A stretch of DNA of 33,943 nt from Octopus sinensis (Eukaryota). The translations under genes and the position numbers were made by a program. Of this stretch, positions 26,077 through 33,943 are shown in pieces. The stretch is taken from NCBI RefSeq assembly GCF_006345805.1, contig NW_021836738.1:1-33943 (forward strand), read 5' to 3'. The first letter of the stretch is position 1, and the number at the start of each line of letters is the position of its first letter. Below the pieces are notes generated by a model, which was not told the DNA's origin, did no database searches, and saw only the letters and a program-made list of their open reading frames with translations.

Positions 26077-26144
26077 AACAACGAACAAGATGAGGAGAAA
26101 TATCCGTTCAATGTAAATAACATAAATAATGTATATTTTTTATA

Positions 26145-26335
26145 TTGTTTTCAGATTTTGATTCAAGGTCAACAATTCTGGGGCTGAGGTAAGTCGATTA
26201 CATCGACCCCAGGACCAAATTGAAACTATTTTATCGACCTCTGATGAGTGAAAGGAAAAACTCCACCCCGGCGGAATTTAAATTCAGAACGCGAAATGTT
26301 TATGAAATGCCGCTAATTATTTGCCTGATCGTTGC
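26145..26335 (-). mobile_element. Diverged SINE family B monomer
   Basis: gtaagtcgattacatcgacccc...ttatcgac...cggcggaatttaaattcagaacg. Confidence 0.7.
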
Positions 26336-26399
26336 TTACACATATATTTATAATTGATAGATGAGTATATATCTATTACATACTTTGATATTGGTATAT

Positions 26400-26592
26400 A
26401 TGAAATTAAACAATCAGTCGGCCGCTAGAGAGAAATAACCAGCAAATCTCTCTCAAATAATACTTGCCCATTATTAGCAGTGTATGATTTAGTCCAATAT
26501 ACTCTTTAAAAATATGGAGTGATTACGTTAGAAATGCTTTCCATGATAAGCCTACTCGATAAGGTTTGACCTTTAGCCAAGCAACAACAGTA
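26400..26592 (+). mobile_element. Diverged SINE family F copy
   Basis: gctagagagaaataaccagcaaatctctctcaaat...gacctttagccaagcaacaac, similar to 13846-14100 (-). Confidence 0.5.
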
Positions 26593-27411
26593 GGGAGCTA
26601 TGTTTACTCAGCGTTTCCTGCTTATAATAATCCTTTAATTTTGGGGCAGTGCACAGAGTCACAGCTGATTTGTACGTTTTTCACAATATTCTCATTGTGT
26701 ATGGGTGTGTGTCTGTGTGTGTGTCTGTGTGTGTGTCTGTGTCTGTGTGTGTGTCTGTGTGTGTGTGTATGGGCAGCATGTGATATCTATTGACATAGTT
26801 GTATTATTTATATGTTCCCTACGCACAAGCATACGACATGATTCGGGGTTCCTAATGATTGACCACGCAGTGCCTCAGACTTCTATTGTAACCGCCATAT
26901 CTGAATTGCTGTTTTTAATTGCCTCTTGTATTTTTTCTCTCTTCTTCGCAGGGATTTTACTTGTTCTGTTTTCACTTCTGATTCATCTCAGCTTCCCTAG
27001 ACCCCTCACTTTCTGCCCTCACACTCGGATGGACTGATAAATATTTCAGAATCAGTGATGGGGTCCACCACCTGCGTTCGTTATTGCTGTAGTTAGATTC
27101 TCCTCCCTGTACCTCATCCTTAGTCTTACTGCCTGATGCGATTCCAGCCTCCTGGTTAGCTTCTGAGAATGAACACGATGTGTTTTTCGCGGTCTCAAAT
27201 GCTACAATCTCTGTAACGGCGCTTTTCCATGATTTTCGACCTGGGTAAACAATCCTTTGGTTGGCATTTGCTGTCGCAATTCTAGCAGATGATCAAGACC
27301 TTTCTTTCGCAATACACTACATGACTCGAGTCTAGGACTCCTAGGTTTTGTGGAGTCAAGAGTATGTATGTATGTATGTATGTATGTATGTATGTATGTA
27401 TGTATGTATGT

Positions 27412-27829
27412 ATTATTTCTTTGCTACCCACAAGGGGCTACACACAAAAGAGACAAACAAGGACAGACCAACGGATTAAGTCGATTATATCGACCTCAGT
27501 GCGTAACTGGTACTTATTTAATCGACCCCGAAAGGAGGAAAGGCAAAGTCGACCTCGGCGGAATTTGAACTCAGAACGTAAAGACAGACGAAATACCTAT
27601 TTCTTTACTACCCACAAGGGGCTAAACACAGAGGTGACAAACAAGGACAGACAAACGGATTAAGTCGATTATATCGACCCCAGTGCGTAACTGGTACTTA
27701 TTTAATCGACCCCGAAAGGATGAAAGGCAAAGTCGACCTCGGCGGAATTTGAACTCAGAACGCAGCGGCGGACGAAATACCGCTAAGCCTTTCACCCGGC
27801 GTGCTAACGTTTCTGCCAGCCCTCCGCCT
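27412..27829 (-). mobile_element. Young dimeric SINE family B element inside an (ATGT)n microsatellite
   Basis: Two near-identical units with B boxes at about 27560 and 27744, and an intact head at the right end. (ATGT)n lies on both sides. Confidence 0.92.
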
Positions 27830-28101
27830 TCTGTATGTATGTATGTATGTATGTATGTATGTATGTATGTACGTATGTACGTATGTATGTATGTATGTAT
27901 GTATGTGTGTATGTATGTATGTATGCATGCGTGTGTGTGTATGTATGTATGTGTGTATGTATGTACATGTGTATGGATGCATGTTTGTACGCATGTAGGA
28001 TTGCCGTGTTGTTAAACTTATTTTCTACCATGGTATATTTTTTTCCAAATTGTTAGCGTTTTTTTTTTATATTTACAACAATTAGAAAGGCGTGCTAATT
28101 T

Positions 28102-28222
28102 ATTTAGATTCGTCGGATATTTGTTCTCAACTTGTTTGTTGTTAACAACAAAGAAAATGAGGACAAATATCCACCGAATGTAAATAATGTACATAATTCT
28201 TCATCTCTTAAATATAGAACAT
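28102..28222. mobile_element. Fold-back of the post-ribozyme part of the hammerhead tail module
   Basis: 42-bp inverted arms 28102-28143 and 28144-28185 (35/42 complementary by hand), centred on GTT|AAC. The arms match 26077-26130, and the right arm continues to about 28222. Confidence 0.75.
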
Positions 28223-28427
28223 GTAAACTGGCACTCGATGACAAGGATGACATACTAACTAAAGAAAATGGAATTACTTCACATGTTTTGCAAATAAAGC
28301 AGAAAGGTAGATATTGACACGTGCCGAATTTATTTGTATTCTTCAGAGGCATGTTTTACGATATTCTATCAAAACTAAAATAAAATATATTTGTGACAAA
28401 TTTCGCAGGAATATTCGGTTTTGTATA

Positions 28428-28571
28428 TCCTTTTCTACTCTCGGCACAAGGCCCGAAATTTTAGATCGACCCCAGTATGCAACTGGTACTTAATTTATCG
28501 ACTCAGAAAGGATGAAAGGCAAAGTCGACCTCGGCGGAATTTGAAATCAGAACGTAACGGCAGACGAAATA
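28428..28571 (-). mobile_element. SINE family B fragment
   Basis: Matches 3670-3830 with an internal deletion. Confidence 0.82.
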
Positions 28572-28728
28572 TGATAAAATATTAGAATGCTGACTCCGAT
28601 GATAAAGCTAAATAGAAAAAAAAAAACAATAAAATTGGAAAAATGCAGGCACAAGGCGTGGAGTTTGGAAGAGAAAGTACAGTCGTTTACAGCAACCTTA
28701 GTTTTCGAGTTATACCTTATTTTATAGT

Positions 28729-29029
28729 GGAAGTACATGGCCTAGTGGTTAGAGCAGCGGACTCGCGGTCGAGGGACCGTGGGTTCCAATCTTACACCGG
28801 GCGATGTGTGTGTTTATGAGTGAAACACCTAAGCTCTACGCGGCTCCGGCAGAAGGTAATGGCGAACTTCTGCTGACTCTTTCGCCACAACTTTCCCTCA
28901 ATCTTTCCTGCATCTTGCAGCTCACCTGCGACGGACTGACCGCCCGTCCAGGTGGGGAACCTATACGCCAAGGAAACCGGGAAACCGGCCCTTATGAGCC
29001 AGGCATGGCTCGAGAAGGAACAAACAAAA
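28729..29029 (+). mobile_element. SINE family E, full length
   Basis: A box TGGCCTAGTGG (28738-28748), B-box-like GGTTCCAATC, tail GAAGGAACAAAC; inverse match to 7448-7762. Confidence 0.85.
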
Positions 29030-29154
29030 TTATTTTATAGACCTGAAAATTATGTAAGGTAAAGTCGACTTCAGCTGGATTTGCGCTCAGAACTTAGATA
29101 GAACGGTGAAGCAAAACAAGCAATTTTCCATCTGCTAACGATTCTGTCAGCAAC

Positions 29155-30640
29155 AAAATGCAACAAATCGAAACACCAGAACTACAAAAAGGACTACAAC
29201 CTGAATTGGAACAACGCAAACAGAAATATGAAAGAAAGGGAATGTAAAAAATATTTAAGAATATGAAATCCTAAAATAAGATCTAATGTAAAGCTGCAAA
29301 TAATTCAAGAATTTAAAAGTTAGATCCTGGTATGAGTCAAAAAGGTAACTCCAAAGGATAAAATTCTACGATAAGAATAAAAACACTCAACAATAAGAAA
29401 AACGCCCCACAAGCCTAGCCGTCACAGACTTAACTAAAATAAGTGCAAGTATCAATACCACCAGTGTGAAAGAATTAAAATATGTAGCAGTCGGAGCTAG
29501 CTATTTAGAAAGAAAATTAGGCACTTTCGAAAATAAGCTAAAATAAGAATAACAAAAACACAAACAACAAGGAAGAGAAATAGACAGGAAATTATACAAA
29601 ATAAGAAAAATATTTCTCAGTCGTTGACGAAATCAATAACATAACAAAACTGAAGCATCTCGAATCAATGTATGACGGAAGTGAGGGATTCCTGTTAGAT
29701 CTCAAAGAATCTGTCAATATGGTGCAATGATTCTTTAAACAATAAGCTGTCTGAATTCATCCCAAAACGATTTTAGCCAGGAGTTAGTATAAGAATATGG
29801 AAATCAACGTGGCGTCAAAAGTATCAGAGGTAGTAGAATTTTTCTGCGAGGAATGGGTAGTGAAAGAATCACGGAAAACAGGGTTACTCAAAGCAATGAT
29901 CACAGCCTCTGAATAACTACTGTGGGAAGTCATAAGAACAGAAGTAGTCGAGAATCTACAAAAACAAAGCGAAAAGCAGTGAGGTATAATGTGCATCCCA
30001 TATATTTTTAGTATTGAACAATGACACATATGGAATCTAGTTTAATGAGACCCCTTCGGTCACGACACTGACCATGGGCTTGCACCTAGAAAGTTACCCT
30101 CTGAGGCACAAGTCTGGGAAAGGTTGTTTTATGGAAGACCAGCAGTCACCCATGCATACCAGCCTCCCCTCTCCACGTCACCAGTGTTATCCAAAGGAAT
30201 GGCAAAGGGGGCCGATACAGCTTGGCACCTGTGATGTCACAACTCATTTCTACAGCTGAGTGAACTGGAGCAACGTGAAATAAAGTGTCTTGCTCAAGAA
30301 CACAACACGCAGCCCGGTCCGGGATTCGAGCTCACAACCTCACGATCGTAAGCTCGACGCTCTAACCACTGAGCTAGTTTAATAGGATACAGTCAAAATT
30401 AGAAACAACATCTAATTAGCTTGATGGCGAGAAAAACAATCTTATTTTCGGAAACTCAGAATACAGCAAACCTTCAAATTGCAGTTACATAACCTAGAGT
30501 CCTGTATCTTAGCTGCAATAATATGGCATATAAAAATAAACACCTGAGGAAAAATACAATTTGTATCAAAAGGAGGAAAGCCACAAGCGGGAGCAAACGA
30601 GGGTTAAGTCCCAATCCATTCCGATTAACCGACAGTGCTT
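29155..30640 (+). mobile_element. Decayed R4/Dong-like (RLE clade) non-LTR retrotransposon, pre-RT and RT N-terminal region, split by a SINE
   Basis: A-rich sense strand. Remnants KYVAVGASYLERKLG, RSQRICQYG..NKL..PKRF, EVVEFFCEEW and T*GKIQFVSKGG...AN...PI resemble R4/Dong motifs (LYAGAVVV..RLG, KSQRIRRY..NKLF..NQKRFY, FW..IW, TGRTVLIPK..NYRPI) as recalled. Many stops. Confidence 0.6.
30047..30373 (-). mobile_element. SINE family C with 10-bp target-site duplication
   Basis: Matches 6374-6709; flanked by CTAGTTTAAT at 30037-30046 and 30374-30383. Confidence 0.92.
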
Positions 30641-30791
30641 AGAATTAATACAAGTATTCTTCACATGAAGAAATGTGACATGCAACATTCCTCAAGAATC
30701 TTTTTAAAATGTTGTTGAGATTTGAAGAGAATTGCCATCAGGAAAAAAAGGTGTTAACAACTTTCTAATTGAATGAGTTTGTAATATCTGT

Positions 30792-30793
<2 letters not shown>

Positions 30794-30876
<83 letters not shown>

Positions 30877-30878
30877 CA
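30794..30878. repeat. (AAT)n microsatellite
   Basis: Directly visible. Confidence 0.97.
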
Positions 30879-31095
30879 ACGTATTGAGAAGAGCATTGTC
30901 GATGTGAGAACTATTACTACCCATGTATTTTAATTTAACGTTATTTCTATAAAAAAAAAAAAACAATTAACGAACTAGTGAGTTTAGTTTAATGGCCTAC
31001 CAATGTATACAATGAGTTTCTGTGCCCTAGGAGTCGGGAAGACACTCGGCAAGAAATGGAAGCAACTTTGAAAGAAGAAGAAAAAACCCATAAAC

Positions 31096-31157
<62 letters not shown>

Positions 31158-31161
31158 TAAC

Positions 31162-31197
<36 letters not shown>

Positions 31198-31200
31198 CAC
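31096..31200. repeat. (AAT)n directly followed by inverted (ATT)n
   Basis: Directly visible. Confidence 0.95.
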
Positions 31201-31239
31201 TATTAGAATGACGACCATGGTCGTGATATTTCATTCCAT

Positions 31240-31545
31240 TGCATACAACGGTTCATAGTGTTGTTGACAGGGCAAAGGCGGAAACAACATTCAGTGGGCA
31301 GATTTCGATCGAGTAGAACGAATGTCATCTACTTAACAATAAAGACACAGAAAGACTCAGAAAAGATCTTCAAATGGGGAATTTTCCGACGCAGAGGGAT
31401 TCGGAGTTACGTCAACAAAAACCCCGGATTATTCTGATAAACCAAAAAACAAAATCTTTCTCTCTGAGTTCTAAGCACCCAGTCTAGAATTTAAGCCAAA
31501 ATCGTCAAATGCTCCAATATCGAACTACTGACGACAAAATGAATG
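31240..31545 (+). mobile_element. Decayed restriction-like endonuclease region of an R4/Dong-like LINE
   Basis: Translates GNFPTQRDSELRQQKPRIILINQKTKSFSL, resembling the RLE motif WDFPIQTD..I...KPDIVVIDK. Confidence 0.5.
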
Positions 31546-31606
31546 CTACTACAACTATCACTTATACCACTCTGATTACATAGAACGTGAAGCGAAATAT
31601 CAAATA

Positions 31607-31999
31607 CTAGCAGTATCGCCCGGCATTGCCCGGGTTTATTTCGAGCCTTTAGAATTGGAATTTTTAAAAAGTAAAAATTTTACATCATGTAGCTTGTTAT
31701 TCTCTTTAAGTGAACATTTTTTCTCGTTGAAATACACCGAAAAATGGCGACACAGCAGTCAAACAATCGTAAAAAATACGGATTTTCATAGAAAAAAAGC
31801 ACCTTTTTGATGTACATAATTTTTGGTGTTAACGTGGTCCGATTTGAATTTTTTCTTCTACGGAAGGAAGAGCAAGCCTTCTTATATCATACTCTCGATT
31901 TTGGTCAACTTGCGCCGCAGGGTCTTGGAGAAGATAGTGTTTGTTGAAGGCTACCAAACCTGCCATACACAGACAACTTCAGCTTTATATATATAGAGA
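31607..31999 (-). mobile_element. Non-autonomous Helitron
   Basis: Minus strand starts A|TCTCTATATATATAAAG and ends CCCGGGCAATGCCGGGCGATACTGCTAG|T. Termini resemble those of 5607-6083. Confidence 0.85.
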
Positions 32000-32092
32000 T
32001 TTATACAGATAGTACAAAAGGTTCCAACAGGAAGCAGAAGATATAAACCATTCGATTTTGATGGTGATAATTTGTAAATCGTTCTATTTTGA

Positions 32093-32572
32093 TACTCTTT
32101 TATTCTTTTACTGCTTCAGTCATTTGACTGCGGCCATGCTGGAGCACCGCCTTTAGTCGAGCAAATCGACCCCAGGACTTATTCTTTGTAAGCCTAGTGC
32201 TTATTCTATCGGTTTCTTTTTGCCGAACCGCTAAGTTACGGGGACGCAACCACATCAGCATCGGTTATCAAGCGATGTTGGAGGGGACAAACACAGACAC
32301 ACAAACACACACACACACACACGCACACACACACGCACACACACACACAGATATATATATTATATATATATATATATAATATATATATATATATTATATA
32401 CATATATACGACGGGCTTCTTTCAGTTTCTATCTACTATATCCACTCACAAGGCTTTGGTCGGCCCGAGGCTATAGTAGAAAACACTTGCCCAAGGTGCC
32501 ACGCAGTGGGACTGAACCCAGAACAATGTAGTTGGTGAGCAAGCTACTTACCACGCAATCACTCCTGCGCCT
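32093..32572 (-). mobile_element. SINE family A, full length
   Basis: Matches 923-1341. Confidence 0.9.
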
Positions 32573-33103
32573 ATAATGGTAATAATTGGTAAATTTTGAT
32601 GCTAATAATTTGTAAATTTGTAAAACTTTCTCGGGTTTTGAAATGCATTAAGTCAGAACACATTTTGGTTTCCGCGGCATAGAAGTGGGTGAGACTAGAA
32701 GAGTCCACCAATGTAGGAGACGAAGGTACAAGGAAGATTACCCTCCAGTTTTCATTGGTAGTCACTTCATGTTAGTAAACTGAGAGTGACAAGAAATGAA
32801 GTGCATTGTTCAAGGACATATAATAGGTGCTCGAGCCGTTTATCATAAAATCGTAGCACTTGGTTATACGCCATCACAGCAAATGATTTATAAATTTATA
32901 ATGAATTCGGGTTAAAATCAAAAAATACTTCCTAAGTATTCTATTCAAAAATAAACATGACCGATCTTAAATCTAATAATTCACGCATAGCACAAACGAA
33001 TTATCTGTCCCTTATACTTAAAACGCTCAAAAATAACGGTTTACTTCTATTTTTTCCTCGACAATGCAACATAATGTCTTTCACCTTGGAATGACATACT
33101 TAC

Positions 33104-33275
33104 CAGAATGATTAACATATTATTAGTGATACATAATTTATTAAAATTTATATGGATCAATATGAAGTCAGTATTAGCAAGATTTAGCTTTATAATCTAT
33201 AGATTCTATAAACAATGGAGCTTCTATACAGCCATTCAACTTGCAAGATGTAGCAGCCAAAATTTTAATTCACAT
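33104..33275 (-). other. Candidate exon (12 codons, then stop and UTR)
   Basis: Acceptor ttttcttttaatttcAAG| at 33277-33276 and donor CTG|GTAAGTA at 33103. In frame with the upstream candidate exon it reads CELKFWLLHLAS*. Confidence 0.3.
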
Positions 33276-33371
33276 CTTGAAATTAAAAGAAAATCAAATA
33301 AATAAACGAGCTCATAGTAGTTTATGAGTCTGATTGTAAAAAAAATTAACAAAAGCGAACTAGTTACATAC

Positions 33372-33505
33372 AGATGGAACGCATTTGACCATTCGTAAAA
33401 TTTGGGTATTTCAACAATAATACCACCAGCAAATGTACCTTCTGTGCGACGTTGTTTTACCTCCGCCATTACGATGGTGATTTTTGAGAAGGCAAATTGG
33501 GAGAG
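33372..33505 (-). CDS. Candidate internal coding exon of an unidentified protein (LSQFAFSKITIVMAEVKQRRTEGTFAGGIIVEIPKFYEWSNAFH...)
   Basis: Acceptor catattttcttgcAG| at 33507-33506 and donor |GTATGT at 33371. 134 nt of non-repetitive sequence with one open frame. Product not recognised. Confidence 0.4.
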
Positions 33506-33714
33506 CTGCAAGAAAATATGACCACAACCTTGGAACATTCCAAGAATAATTTCTAAACTTCGTTTTTTTTTTTCATTATTATTCTTCTTCTCTGCTAGGC
33601 ATTTCTCACACCCCTCTTCAACTTGGCCCCCACAAATATTCCCTGAGATTTTCTCTCACTTTTCAACTACCTCAATGCAATTTTTTCAATCTCTGTCTTC
33701 TCTGTTACACACTG

Positions 33715-33777
33715 TATATATGTGTATGTGTGTATATATATACATATATATATACGTATATATCTCTGTGTGTCCAC

Positions 33778-33812
<35 letters not shown>
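33715..33812. repeat. (TA)n/(TG)n microsatellite
   Basis: Directly visible. Confidence 0.93.
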
Positions 33813-33813
<1 letters not shown>

Positions 33814-33943
33814 GTGGACACACAGAGACTTGCACACTTGCACACTTGCACACTGTCTCCCTCACTTTACGCGTAATCCTTTTTCTCTGATGTTCATATT
33901 TTTTCTTTGATTTTTTGTACATATTTCTATGCATGATATATAC

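Noticed and set aside
33440-33503. Walker A-like NGGGKTT in an alternative minus frame of the candidate exon
   Set aside because: Spacing does not fit GxxGxGKT, and the frame stops soon afterwards.

Overview
AT-rich eukaryotic DNA packed with microsatellites and retroposons. The SINE families look like octopus (coleoid cephalopod) repeats; this is recognition from memory, not a database result. No complete gene is visible, and almost every long ORF in the track is a translation of simple repeats. Supported content: about 25 tRNA-headed SINE copies or fragments from 6-7 families; two non-autonomous Helitrons with shared termini (5607-6083 +, 31607-31999 -); a decayed DD37D (maT-type) transposase (15735-16705); a Tc1 fragment; a decayed R4/Dong-type LINE (29155-30640 and 31240-31545); a 1.4-kb GGAA satellite; a 4.3-kb G-skewed trinucleotide mosaic; and candidate minus-strand exons near the right end. 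The most interesting signal is a set of minimal type I hammerhead-ribozyme motifs of the Penelope-associated kind. One forms the tail of a tRNA-headed (Pol III) SINE-like unit (25533-26132) and an inverted second copy lies beside it. A ribozyme-less fold-back at 28102-28185 has its symmetry axis about 5 nt past the predicted cleavage site. A second hammerhead-like family sits at 22380-22419. Coordinates were counted by hand, so repeat edges may be off by several bases.
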